Assembly: GCA_044892525.1 (NCBI GenBank)
Contig: CM097885.1
Span: 140,306,001 to 140,370,000, forward strand
Reading direction: 5' to 3'
Source: Schmidtea polychroa
Taxonomy: Eukaryota
Length of the DNA stretch: 64,000 nucleotides
In this document: in pieces, positions 51,100-63,200 of the stretch
Layout of the letters: every line of letters starts with the position of its first letter
Numbering within the stretch: the first letter of the stretch is position 1
Translations under genes and position numbers: made by a program
The notes under the pieces: model-generated
What the model saw: only the letters and a program-made list of their open reading frames with translations
Databases searched by the model: none
What the model was told of the DNA's origin: nothing

Positions 51100-51720
51100 T
51101 TACTGCGGTTGGGAATGGATATTATGGTAGGCTTGAAGACTGGATGATGGTTGAGGAGATGCTTTGTTGGCTAATCTGGGTGGGCTTGTGGTTTGGGTAG
51201 CATTGGTTATTTCGACTGGGTTTTGTACGGTGGCTCTAGATTTCGAGCTCTGACATTTTTTCTTAACTTCGAGGATTTTTAGGAAGGTTATGAGGCATAA
51301 TGAGATAGTTTCTGCGACCACTACGTAGAGAAGGTAATGGGTGTCGCTGTTATTGGAGGGTGTTTCTGTTGTCTCGGCAGGATTTTCGAACACTTCTTGT
51401 TGAATTTGTTGTTCCAACTGATCGAAGTGTTGGACTTGTTCGAGTATTTTCCGGTCTATCATTCGGCATACAGGGCTATTCTGGCATAAACGTCTGATGT
51501 TGTTAACATATGACCGAACCGATTGGATATTATGGAGGAGGTTGGTTTTTATTGTATTGGGGTATTTGCATTGGCAAGGGTCTGATTTGGCTTTTTGATT
51601 CCGATTGCGGTGGTCTCGTATGCTTGTTGGTTGGGAATTTAATGGTGGTTTCTCCATCAGGTGATTTATCAATACCATTACTGTTATTGTCATACCATAC
51701 CACATTGTACTAATATACAT
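51100..51720 (-). CDS. Accessory ORF: probable single-pass membrane protein
   Basis: Hydrophobic N-terminus, four Cys in the putative ectodomain, TM segment YLLYVVVAETISLCLITFL, and an S/T/P-rich tail. Confidence 0.6.
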   Translation of the reverse strand: MYISTMWYGMTITVMVLINHLMEKPPLNSQPTSIRDHRNRNQKAKSDPCQCKYPNTIKTNLLHNIQSVRSYVNNIRRLCQNSPVCRMIDRKILEQVQHFDQLEQQIQQEVFENPAETTETPSNNSDTHYLLYVVVAETISLCLITFLKILEVKKKCQSSKSRATVQNPVEITNATQTTSPPRLANKASPQPSSSLQAYHNIHSQPQ

Positions 51721-51759
51721 TTATTATTATTATATTATTTACACTGGCTTTAATTGCTT

Positions 51760-52470
51760 TTAGTTAAACGGTTCTGTTTTGGGATTATTTTCGGCGGTTC
51801 TCATCAGGGTAGACTCCGCTTTAATGACCCTGTGTCTCAACTCGGGCAGCATTTCCAACTGTCTGTCCTTTTCACGGGCCTCCCTTTTCATGTGTCTTAT
51901 CTCCTTCTCTAATCTTCTAATTTCTTCCCGTTTTTTATCGAGATTCCTTTTTAGTTCGATTTGCAGGAAATCTTGTTCGTTTTCTTGCGAAAGGTTTCGT
52001 TGTTGTTGTTGTTGCTTTCTCTCGATCTCTTGGTATTTGCGAATCCATTTCTTCATTTCCTCACTTTCTCGTTGTTTTTCCTCCAATTGTCGATTTAATT
52101 TATTTATAGTTATTTGGCGTTCTTTCGCCTCTGTTTTCCAGTAGTCCTGGATTACTTCTTCTGCTTTGAAGCTTGCTCTTTCTTCCCATAATTCTTCTGC
52201 GATCTTTTCCCAATTTCTCCCTCGCTTTCGTTGTTCTTGTAACCATTCATTTCTCTCTTCTACTTCTCTCTTTACTTCTCCTAGTACTTTGCACTCTTTC
52301 TTTAGTACTTTAATTATTTTCCGGTCTCCTATGTATTGGTTTATTAGTCTCTCGTTTTCCCGTCTCTCTTCCTGCAATTCTTTCTTTAGAGTTCGTGTTT
52401 CTGTGGTTTCTACTTCAATCTCTCCTTCTTCCGCTTCACTCATGAGTTCTATTATCTCCTCAATCTTCAT
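51760..52470 (-). CDS. Accessory ORF: E/K/R-rich coiled-coil protein (236 aa)
   Basis: Intact intronless ORF with heptad-like charged helices. Confidence 0.7.
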   Translation of the reverse strand: MKIEEIIELMSEAEEGEIEVETTETRTLKKELQEERRENERLINQYIGDRKIIKVLKKECKVLGEVKREVEERNEWLQEQRKRGRNWEKIAEELWEERASFKAEEVIQDYWKTEAKERQITINKLNRQLEEKQRESEEMKKWIRKYQEIERKQQQQQRNLSQENEQDFLQIELKRNLDKKREEIRRLEKEIRHMKREAREKDRQLEMLPELRHRVIKAESTLMRTAENNPKTEPFN

Positions 52471-52627
52471 ATCTATAATATTTATAATTAATCATGCGCT
52501 ACAGTGCGACTCATACTTATACATTCATATACAGTTTAGGAAATTAGGGTTACAGCCCCTCAAATACTTTTACAATACTTTTAATTTTTTTGTTTGGGAT
52601 ATAAGTCCCGAATTTTTTTTAAATTTT

Positions 52628-53701
52628 CTATCTTTTTATTCGCCTATATACGAAGGTTTCCTCTTGACCCACGTATCCCTCATCGCTCTCGACCGATGCC
52701 TGTAGCTGGATGGCAATGGGGTCATATGGTATGTAATATTGGGGAATTTGAGCTCTCAACTCGTGAACTTCATTTCGTAGTGCTCTAGTGATATTCAATT
52801 CTTCGTCGAGCAAATAGGTGAGGTATCTCGTCTCATCATCTTTGGCTTCTAATTGCCTATCTAACTCCTTTATCTTTTCCTCGCCCTTCCATTTCTCGAT
52901 CTCTATCTCTAGATTTTTGAGGTTTTCGGTATACATTTTCCGTTCGTTTTCCAGCTTCTTATTTTTTCCTGCCAGTACCATATTTCGTTGTTCTAGAGCT
53001 CCCTGATATCCATTGACATCTCGTTCCAGCGCCGTGACCTTATTTATTAGTTCCACGACTCGTCCTGAATGCTGGAGTATCATTTCTTCCATCGCTGCAT
53101 TCTCGTGCTCCTTGATGGAGATTTTCATAGCCAAATGTCTTTCAAACTCCATGGCCTTGGTCTGCCATGTTTGACTTCGGGCGGCAATCTTTCTCAGCCG
53201 TTTGAGTTCCTCTTTTATCACTAGGTTCTCTTCCCATTTGCCTTGTTCGCTTTCGTACTCTAATCTCATAGGCAATTCTTTCATTTCCTTTTTCATTTCT
53301 CTGTTCTGTCGCTTCCATTTCCGGGCTTCGGTCAATAGATGTCGCATCTTTTTCTCCTCTTTTTGTTTTTCGGTCTCTCGTTTTTTATTCTCATCAGTCA
53401 GTCTTTTCCGCGATTCTTGTAGTAGTTGTTTTAGATAGTGACTGTGCGATTCTTGTCGAGTGTTTTCTAACGAAGCCCATTGTGCGGCCCTTTTACATGT
53501 CTCCGCTTCCGTTCTTAAATTGTCTACCAGCCATTGGTATTTGTGAGTTTCGTACTCCCTGGCTTCCTCAATGTGATTTCGGGTGAGGTTAGCTAATTGG
53601 AACATCACCTTGTTCCATTTCTCACTATATTCTTTGGGGATTTGTGTCTTGTTGGTATTATTTGGGGCTATCGTAGTTCCGGTTGTTCTTTCTTGTGTCA
53701 T
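52628..53701 (-). CDS. Accessory ORF: coiled-coil protein (357 aa)
   Basis: Intact intronless ORF with long charged helices. Confidence 0.72.
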   Translation of the reverse strand: MTQERTTGTTIAPNNTNKTQIPKEYSEKWNKVMFQLANLTRNHIEEAREYETHKYQWLVDNLRTEAETCKRAAQWASLENTRQESHSHYLKQLLQESRKRLTDENKKRETEKQKEEKKMRHLLTEARKWKRQNREMKKEMKELPMRLEYESEQGKWEENLVIKEELKRLRKIAARSQTWQTKAMEFERHLAMKISIKEHENAAMEEMILQHSGRVVELINKVTALERDVNGYQGALEQRNMVLAGKNKKLENERKMYTENLKNLEIEIEKWKGEEKIKELDRQLEAKDDETRYLTYLLDEELNITRALRNEVHELRAQIPQYYIPYDPIAIQLQASVESDEGYVGQEETFVYRRIKR

Positions 53702-53897
53702 TTTCTAAATCATATATTCTGATTAAATATCATCGCAGTATTAGATTTTATTATTCAGTTGATGTTTTTTCCTGGATTTTTTCGCTTTAGTTTTGGGTTG
53801 TTGTATTTGCGGATCCCATACTACTATTATATATTATTTTATAGGTTATATACACCGATATATACAGATTTATTATATACAACGTTATTCGCACTGG

Positions 53898-54845
53898 CTA
53901 CTCGGTTCTGCTCTTTCCCTCCTTCCTCACTGTCATCTTGATATATACGGTATCATTTCTCGCCATATCCTCTATCTTTTGTTGTAAAATGAACGTAGGC
54001 GCTCCTGTTGCTGATCCTTCTTCGTCGAGGGGTCTCTGGTAAGCCATCTGATTCCCCGTTGTTTTGAAGCTTTGTTCATGTATACTTTGATTGTTCATTA
54101 TTACAATGTTGATTTTCGACTGAAACGGCCATTCTAATATTTCATCATACTCCCCTTTACATAACAGAAAAAATATCGAAAAGTGTGTGTCTAATCCGGT
54201 TCCGTCCCCGTTGGGATATATCTTCATTTTCATTTTGTATCCATTCTTCCATGAGAGGAATGCGGGACTGGTTATTCTAGTATCTTCTCCAATTTTTGCT
54301 TTTCGTATCTTTTCCTTCACTCCCGAAATTTTCCATATGTAAGGTGCGGTTGGTAGTATTTCATTGAGATTTATTTCGGTTATTTTTTGATCTAACACTT
54401 CGGCTTGCTCATTACTGATTTCCATTCGATTTATTTGCATTTTTATGTTGGCTCGAGCTTGTTCGAGAGCCTCTCTTTCTTCTAGTAGTTCTTTTACTAA
54501 TGCCTTCAGTGAGGTTATTTCTATCTCCAGTTGTTGCACTTTCTCTTCACTTTCTTGCAACGCAGTTGACCACATTTCTGCATGATTTATTACATTTTCT
54601 GTTAAATGGTGTGGTAAGTCTCCTCGGTGTAATAGTTTCTGACAGCCCCATTTACTTAGAACACATCTCATCCTTTTCTTTTCACATTCTTTTAGATGCT
54701 GGGCTAATTTTATTATTCCCCCTTCGTTGCATCCGTTCGGGCATTCGCCACAGAACTCTGCACATACCTTTTCCTCTTGGACATTGTGATGTTTGATGGT
54801 GAGATTTCCTTTGCATCGTACGCCCTTGCTCCTGCATATTAGATA
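53898..54845 (-). CDS. TRAF-like protein: TRAF-type zinc fingers, coiled coil and MATH (TRAF-C) domain
   Basis: YIWKISG...SPAF...GYKMKMKIYPNGDGTG..THFSIFFLLCKGEYDEILEWPF is a TRAF-C signature. The frame stays open upstream of Met 54671 to 54845 and includes CPNGC...LAQHLKEC...C...GC...HHL. No introns. Confidence 0.9.
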   Translation of the reverse strand, partial: YLICRSKGVRCKGNLTIKHHNVQEEKVCAEFCGECPNGCNEGGIIKLAQHLKECEKKRMRCVLSKWGCQKLLHRGDLPHHLTENVINHAEMWSTALQESEEKVQQLEIEITSLKALVKELLEEREALEQARANIKMQINRMEISNEQAEVLDQKITEINLNEILPTAPYIWKISGVKEKIRKAKIGEDTRITSPAFLSWKNGYKMKMKIYPNGDGTGLDTHFSIFFLLCKGEYDEILEWPFQSKINIVIMNNQSIHEQSFKTTGNQMAYQRPLDEEGSATGAPTFILQQKIEDMARNDTVYIKMTVRKEGKSRTE

Positions 54846-55094
54846 CTACTTGTGCTAGTCCAGCGCATTGTTGTTTCCACATATCCTCGGTCGTTGTATT
54901 GCGATTTATTTCGTTATTTCCTTGCTCCATTCTTAATTTTTTATACATTCTCAATCTTTTTCTTATTTAATTTTATATTGTTTATTTCTCCCGATCGTTA
55001 TATATTATTAATACCGCGCTTATATACGAATATAATACTGTTATATACATAAGATATACTTACTTTTTACAATTATATACAGTCATAACCCTTT

Positions 55095-55469
55095 TTATAT
55101 TTGTGGATTTGGAGGGCACTGCATATTCCAGGCCTCCATCCACTGTTCTTGGCTCATTTTACTGGGCCTTTTTACTTGATGTTGAAAATTCCTGGCTCTG
55201 ATCATTTCGAGTTTGTTACGCTGCTGTTTATCTCGGATTATTTTTATCGTCCCCCCCGTTATAGTTATGAACGCTCCGGTTATTATTATTCCGCTGATCC
55301 ATATCATCTGCTTCACACTGATGATCTCTGAGTTTCCATTGTTTGTTATTGTACTCGCTGTTTCTGCATTTCCCTCTTTCTCTGTTTGGCTTTTTCCTTT
55401 CTCCAACCATCGTATTCTTGTTATTTCCTCATTGATCCCTTCTTTTGCCATTTTTTGTATTTTTTCCAT
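55095..55469 (-). CDS. TM plus cytoplasmic segment; probably the frameshifted end of the polyprotein
   Basis: MIWISGIIITGAFITITGGTI hydrophobic helix. The frame is open back to ~55505 and overlaps the end of the 55421-60124 ORF. Confidence 0.55.
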   Translation of the reverse strand: MEKIQKMAKEGINEEITRIRWLEKGKSQTEKEGNAETASTITNNGNSEIISVKQMIWISGIIITGAFITITGGTIKIIRDKQQRNKLEMIRARNFQHQVKRPSKMSQEQWMEAWNMQCPPNPQI

Positions 55470-58400
55470 TTCCTCTTCTGATACGTAGTTATCTTGGTTA
55501 TATCATTGGTCTTCTGACGTTTTCCTTCTTCATCTTCTTCGTCATTGATCTTTCTTTTCTTTCCTCTTTTCCCAGGATATCGTCGACATTCCTTTTCTGG
55601 TCTTTTTCTCACGATACAGACCGTGTATTCCTTTGGCGGTTGTTGTTGTGTTACATATTGTAGACAGTCTTCTCCTGGTCCTAACCTTGAAATACAAACT
55701 TTGTGTTCTTTCCTTGGTTGGAGTTGTGTTATCACTACTTCACCTCCTTTACCCAGGTGCACCTCTTTCCATTTGACTTTCGTTATTCTCTTTCCGTTTC
55801 GATGTTGGTATGCCTCTTGTATTCCCACTTCCGTTATCGGTTCTGTGTCCTCGTTCATCAATACTAATCTCCGATATGCTCTAGACATGCATCTTCCCAG
55901 TATACATCTTTCCTTTAGATCCCATTCCTCCTTCAGATCCCATTGTTGTTCTTGCATTTGCTTTTTCTTTTCTTGCTTTAATTCCTCCTCTTTGTTATCG
56001 TGATTTTCCGCTTCTTTGGTCTCTTTTATCGTTCTCGTCCCTCCATGAGCTGTTACTAACTCTATCATGGTTAGTACAATTATCATTAGTATCATATTTG
56101 TTTCCATTTCTTTGTTGGTGAAGGGTAGGCATACCCTCTGTTTTCCATTATTTGGTTTTTCCTCCTCTTTCGTCTTGTTTCCCGGGTTGTTTCCTTCTTT
56201 TCCCGTACCTGGGTCTTTATTTTCCGGGTTATCCTCTTCCGGTTTTCTTTTCTCTTTGTCCTCCTTTCGACCTCTTTCGTCATTATCATCGTATTTATCT
56301 CCCCCGCTGTCGTTTAAAATGTCGTCCTCGACATTTATATCGTTTAATAGTCTTCGGTATGCTGTTAGTACTCTATTTCTTGCTAATTTAGCTTCAAATT
56401 CAAACTCTTTTCTCCCGGTTGCTGCGTGTCTCTTCCGGTTCCATTCCTTTACTAGTTCTCTCAATTGGATCCGGCGGTGTTTTCCAATTCGTTGTTGTTC
56501 GTTTTGATTTTTCGTGAATCTCAGGTCTTCTCTATTCAATACAATTAATATGATTTTAGGTGTCTCCCCTTTAGTTAATGTATTTTTGACCATTGCGTTT
56601 TCGCCGTTCTCATAAAATTCGTTTACGTTTATCGCATATTTATTACTTTGTGGCACTCTCCATGTCAACAATAATTTCATTGCTTCTAGATTTTTTCGTA
56701 CCGTATTCCACTGGAATTGAGATGTGTTTTTGCAGATATTTTCGACTTCTTCCTTTGTCGCGTTTTTGCAGATGAATCTGATCATTTCTAGGTTTGGCTG
56801 AATGGTTGCCCAATCCATTGTGGAATTTCCTTCGCTTGACTTTTCGTCTAATCTCGATCCTGATTGATGTAGTATATGTAATGTTTTTGGGTGTATTTTC
56901 GTTATAGCTGCATACATCATGGCGGTTTCGCCTTGTTCGTTTTTCGTGTTGGTTTCCTCTCCCAGATCTCTGAGAACTCTTATGATTGTAATTGCTCGGT
57001 TTTCTTTTGCTGCCAATATTGCTTGTTGTAACGGTGTTCTTTGATCCTTGTTCGACATGGTAAATGCTCGTGGCATGAAAGTTTTGATTTTCCCGATATC
57101 TAAATCCGTTGTCTGATCTCTTGCGTATGTATGTACGGTCTTTATTATTTTCGACAATATCATTTCATCTGATAACTCTAGCATTTCTTCAAAGAATACT
57201 TCTTTTGCTTTACGTATTATTGTTCCTTGATCTGAATTCATCGGTTTTGTTTTGATGACGTTATTTGCTGTAGTTTGGTTCGTTGGCGACTTTGATTCTT
57301 TTGACGTCCCCTTCTTTATTTTTATTTTCTTTCCGGTTGGATTATTGATTCGTTCTTCTGCTGTAAGTACTTGAATAATATCCAAGTAATTCTCGCGAAT
57401 GTTGTTCATTGTGTCCATCATATATAACACACTTCCCGTTTCCCAATATTTATTTCGTACTTGGTTAGTGAATTGAAATATTGATTTTTCGAATGTGTCA
57501 ATTCGCTTTTTTAATAACTGCTCATCTTTATGATTTGTGAATTTTATCCCTCGTTCTACTAATTGGTTTGGGATTTCGAATAATTGATGTCCTTTCATGG
57601 CTTCTCTCATAAGCGTGTTCTCTCCTCTCGTGAATGCTTCGTTTACGTCAATCATGAAATCATTTTTAATTGGATTTCTCCATGTAATTAATATTCCGGA
57701 AATTGTTGTTAGTTTCTCTTTGATTGCCGTTAATAATCCGTCATACATGTTTCCGACTTCTCGATTATCCTCGTATGCTAGTAGTTCCATCAACGTCGTG
57801 AACGCTTCGGTACTTTTCCCTTCGATTGCATGATGTAGTGCGTTTTTCTGATTGCGATCTTGTGTGGTTATTTTTGATCCTGTGTCGAGTAATGCGATTA
57901 TAATGTCTTTTGTTTTGCCTCTGTTTGCTGCTATCATTAGTGGTGTGTAGCCTTGGTTATTTTCTTGTTCTGTTGATCTCTTGCAGTCGTGAAATGCTTC
58001 TATTGTTTCTAGTATTTGTTCGTTGTTACCCACTTTCATGAGTTTATGTAATGGTGTGTCTCCATAATGATCTGTTACGGTAAATAATATTGGCCATTGA
58101 CTTTTAACTACTCGTAGCAGTGGATGTGTCCTCTCTCGGTTTGCGTAATTTTCGATCATAGTTAATAGACCTCCTAATATTTCGAAGTCTAGTCTGTCTT
58201 TTGCCCATCCGGGTATCTTAATTTTTACCTCCTTTACAATCTTTTCCGCTTCTGATGGTTGGATACCCAATCGTCCAGTCGTTGGTTCTGCGAGCTGTTG
58301 CATCATGTTCATTCTGTAAGTTTGAGAACGTGTGGTTAACGTACGACCTTCTGGTTGACTGGTGGCTGTTTTTGGGATCGGTTTACATCGTGCTACATTT

Positions 58401-60215
58401 ACGTATATTGGACTGGTGAACGGATTATTTACTAATTTCACTCTTACGTTAGTTTCACCCACAAATAAGATCTCATATGGCCCTTTTCCGTTCCGCTGTA
58501 ATTTTTTCGTGGTTCCCGGAATCAATTCTGGTGTTTCTATCATTACCCAATCACCTGTTTGAAAGGTATGTTGCTTCACGTTTTTCTTTCGATCGTGTAA
58601 ATCTTTATAACTTTCCCGGTAGAACTTGATATTTAATCCCGCAGTTTCCCAAATCTCTTGCATTCTCTCCTTGAATTTTGTGACATAATCGTCTATCTCC
58701 ATATATTGCGATATCGGTGGTTGATATTCCAGGTCCATTGGCATGTTACATTCTCTCCCGTACATTAATTTGAATGGGCTCATTTTCGTTGATGCATGAA
58801 TTGACATTCTATAAGCCATAAGACATAGATTTATGTATTCGTCCCAATCTCGTTGGTGATGGTCGACGTAATTTGATAGCATTTGTATAAGTGTTCCGTT
58901 AAATCTTTCTGTCATCCCGTTGGTTTGAGGATGATACGGTGATGTTCTCAACTTTGAGATTTTGAAGTAATTGGTTACCTCGCTCATTATCTCACTCATG
59001 AAATTGGTGCCCTGATCTGTTAGTATTTGTTTCGGCGTTCTATATCGGCAACATATCTCTTCTACTAAGATTTTTGCGATTGTTTTAGCTTTTTGATCTG
59101 GCATAGCGAATGCCTCTGGGAATTTCGTGAGGTAATCCGTAATTACCAAAATATAAACATTTCCTTTATCCGATTCGGGTAATGGACCAATTACGTCCAT
59201 AGATATCATCGTCATCGGTTCTATTGGTACTGGCATTGGCGTTAAAGGTGCTTTCCATTTTGATCCAGTATTCCTTCTGGTCGCACAAGTTAGACAATTT
59301 TTCACCCATTCGGTTACGTCTTCAGTTAACGTAGGCCAAAAATATTTCTGTTTCATTCTTGCCAGCGTCTTTTTCGATGACATATGTCCTCCCAATCTTC
59401 CATCGTGATATTGCGTTAATAACTCTTTCCGTCGGTTTTCCGGTATACACATTAATCGTTTCTCTCCATCCATTATCAGCAACCAATCTTTCTCTATAAC
59501 GTATCGATGTCGGTGTTTATCCATATGTTCCTTTAATTTCTGGTCTTTCTCGTACACTTCGGTTTTTCCCGTTTTTACATAATCGATAATTTGTTTTAAT
59601 TCTGCATCTTCCTGTTGGTCCTTTCGCAATTGGCAAAAATCCAAGTCTTCCGCTACTATCAAGCATATGCGTTGCATTTCTGAATCTACCAAATCCGGAA
59701 AAATGAATCTCGACATACAATCGGCGTTGGCATTTGCTCTTCCTGCTTTGAATTTTATAAATGGAGAGTATTCTTGTAATTGCATGGCCCATCTCATTAG
59801 TCTACTTGATGCTTCTTTATGTTGCCCTAACCACACTAATGGTTGATGATCTGTGGTTATGCATATCTCGTGCCCCCATAGTAAATATCGGAAGTGTTTG
59901 ATGGCTTGTATTATAGCCAATGCTTCTCTTTCTGTTACTGAATAGTTCTTCTCGTGCTTTTTGAATGTTTGACTGTAATAACCGATTACTCTCTCTTTTC
60001 CCTCGTCATCCAGTTGTCCTAAAATCGCTCCTGCTGCATATCCGCTTGCGTCTGTTGCTAATAAGAACGGTTTCTTGAAATCAGGATGTACGAGGATTGG
60101 TGCTTCAATCAATTTATCTCTCAACGTTTCGAATGCCTCCTGTTGTTCTTTTCCCCAAATAAATGAGATATCTTTCTTTACCAGTTCTTGGATTGGTTTT
60201 GCGATTCCTGCATAA
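55421..60215 (-). CDS. Pol C-terminal part: RNase H, integrase (to ~58380), two ankyrin modules, signal-peptide-like segment, FN3-like domain
   Basis: LATDASGYAAGAIL, ITTDHQPL, HDGRLGGH...CLTC, ISMDVIGPL, LTDQGTNF, TSPYHPQTNGMTER. Ankyrins GDTPLH, GYTPLMIAA, RTPLQQA, GETAMMYAA. Tail METNMILMIIVLTMIELVTA and VITQLQPRKEHKVC. Confidence 0.93.
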
Positions 60216-63200
60216 TTTTTTTATGAATTTTCGGTAATACCCACATAATCCTAGGAACTCTTGCACTTGCGTAACGGTTTTTGGTGCTGGACACGTTTTT
60301 ATTTTTTCGATGTTTCGTGGATCTGGTTCTTTTCCTTTGGCTGACACTATGTGTCCCAAAAACGTGACTTTTTCCTTTGCCCAATCGCATTTTGAAGGTT
60401 TGAGCTTGAGTTTCCATTGTCGTAATCGAATAAATACATTTCGGATATCCTCCAGATGTTGTTCAAATGTCGCTGAATAGATTAGCAAATCATCAATATA
60501 TACCATACATTGTTTGATTCCATGAGTGACAAAGTTCATACACCTTTGAAATGATGTTGGTGCGTTGGTCAGTCCGAATGGCATTTTTCTGAATTGATAT
60601 AGATCTCGTCCCAACGTGAAAGCGGTCTTCTCTTTGTCCTCATCTTTGACTTTAATTTGCCAGTATCCATTTTTTAAATCTAAAGAAGTAAAATATGCTG
60701 CCCCTTGCAACATGAGTAACATTTCATTAATGTCTGGCAATGGATAGGTATCCCTCTTTGTTACTGCATTTAATTTTCGATAATCAATACAGAATCTTTG
60801 CGTGCCATCTTTCTTTTTCACCATGACCACTGGAAACTGCCAAGGTGAGCAACTTGGTTCGATTACTTTTGCGTCTAGCATTTTCTGCACTTCTGCTTCG
60901 GCTATTTCCTTTTGCATCTCTGCTAGTTTGTATGGTCTTAATGCGATTGGAGTTTCATCTATCAGTGGGATTGCATGTAGGGTGACATCACATGTACCCA
61001 AATCCAAATCTGAGATGGCGAATATATCTTTATATTCCACTAACAATCGGTGCAATTTTCTCTTTTCGGCAGCTGTTAACAATGTACTGTCGATTGTCCA
61101 TAATTCGTCATTTTTGTTTACCTCGTTGGTCACTTTTGGTAGTTCTATATCCATCATTGGAGTCAATTTTCCCAATCTTTCATTCTCATAGATGATTTTG
61201 TCTTCCTCTTCGAAATTCGTGATGTTGATCGGTATCACTCCTTCTTGATTTATTGTTATTATTTCTCTAGCGAGCGGTAATTCTCGTCGCTTTTCAAATG
61301 ACTTACTTGGTTCGAAAATAACTTCTCCTTCCATTCCCGTGTCTACTTTTATCTGACAGATCATCTGTGATTTTGCTGGTACTATTATTTTCTCTGGACA
61401 TCGGATTACTGCATTCATTTTGCATATTCTGCCGGTTTTATCCTTTAGACACATGGTTGTCAAGTCGATTACTACTTCTTTTAGTAGTTCTGGCATTAAA
61501 TCTGTTCCGATTATGCATGGTACACTCAGTTTTGGTATTACTGCTAAATACGTTTCGATTTCGTTATCTTGGTATTTTAAGGTGGTCCACCATCTCCCGA
61601 CCACGTCTACTGTTTCTTTACTGCATGCTATGATGTGGATTGTTGTTGACTCGATATCTTTCCAATATCTACTGGGAATTTGATTAATTGCTATTGCTGA
61701 TACGTTAGCTCCGGTGTCTATCATAGCATTTGTTTCTTTTCCATTGATTTGGATCATGACTGTTACTGCCGGACCTCCAGGTAAACTCATTGCTGCTATT
61801 GTCCGTACATCGTCCGCTTGATCTACACTTCTGGTTCTCCTCGTTGGCATATAATTCATTCCAGATTGATTTGGTAATTGCGGATACATATTTTGTGTCA
61901 TATTCATTGGTGCTACTTGTTGTCCGACAATATCTGGTGGTATATAGCTTCCATTGGCTATCCACGTATTTGTTTTTTCCTTTTCCCAATATGGTGCCGT
62001 TTCAATTTGCTTTTCCTTGGGATGTCCACTGGGGTACGGATATTTATTGTTTCCTTCGTCGTCGTCGTCACTATCGCTGTTAGATGATTGACTTCTGAAT
62101 CGGTCCAAGAATTTTGGCTTGTTCTTTTTCAATTGTCTTCTTGTTGCTTCATCGTACATGGTTTTTCGGAATTGTCTACCTACTTCCTCGTCTGTTCCTT
62201 TAATCTTTGTTAAGATTTTAATCAATCGCTTTATTCGATGAATGTCTTTTGAGTGACCATGTAATACCATGGTTTTTGCTAAAAATGGTAGAAACCCTAC
62301 TATCATTTTCCAATTTACTTTCTTTTCTCTCTTGTATATATCGAAACATGCTAACATTTGTGTTAATATTACTCTGACAATTTGAATTATGAGTATGATT
62401 CCCAATATTCCTGCCATCATTTGTCCAAATACTAAGAATCTTCCCCACATTGCTTTCATCATATTTGACGTTGCGTGCTGGAAATGATCCGGTGATAGTA
62501 GTAGTTCGTAATTTGGACCTGATTGATAGTTTGTTCCCCCAGTTATGGTGACCATATTTGACAATATTGACTCACGTCTGGCTGGGAAAAGTATGTTTAG
62601 CCGTGCGGTTTCTAGATCCGCTGGTGAATACATACCTCCGTTTGATACGTCTATGGGCTTGAAGTCCTGCTCCGTGGCGAGTTCTATTAATCCAAACTTC
62701 TTAGGTTCCTCCACTGTGGCCCTTACCGGTAACATTATCCATTTCCCATCGGGTCTCTCGTACAATGGTCCGTACGCATTGGAACAGTTAAAGAGATTTG
62801 GATAGAAGCCTAATGGGTTCATAATTCTAGTAACTGGCTGGACGAATCGATTTTGTCCTTTATAACGAATTTCCAACTCGTTTGCGCATTTCCCTGTAGG
62901 TATTGTGGGTTTTTCTGGCATTCGTGCAAACGTCTTAGTGCACGCATACGTATACATCACTTCGCCCACCATCCTACCAAAATGTCCATCTGGTAATGGG
63001 AGTGATGGCATCGTATTATCAGGGTGCGTTATTGCGATAGCTAGTTTTGTTTTCAGTATCTCTTTATTTAATGAACAATCGTTTTGTATAAGATCGTAGT
63101 ATACTTTTTGCAGTGTCGTTTGTCCGCGATGGAATAAAAAATCCATTTTGTTGTTGGCGTATAGGTACAATTTGACGTCCTCCGTGGCTATCTTTCCCAC

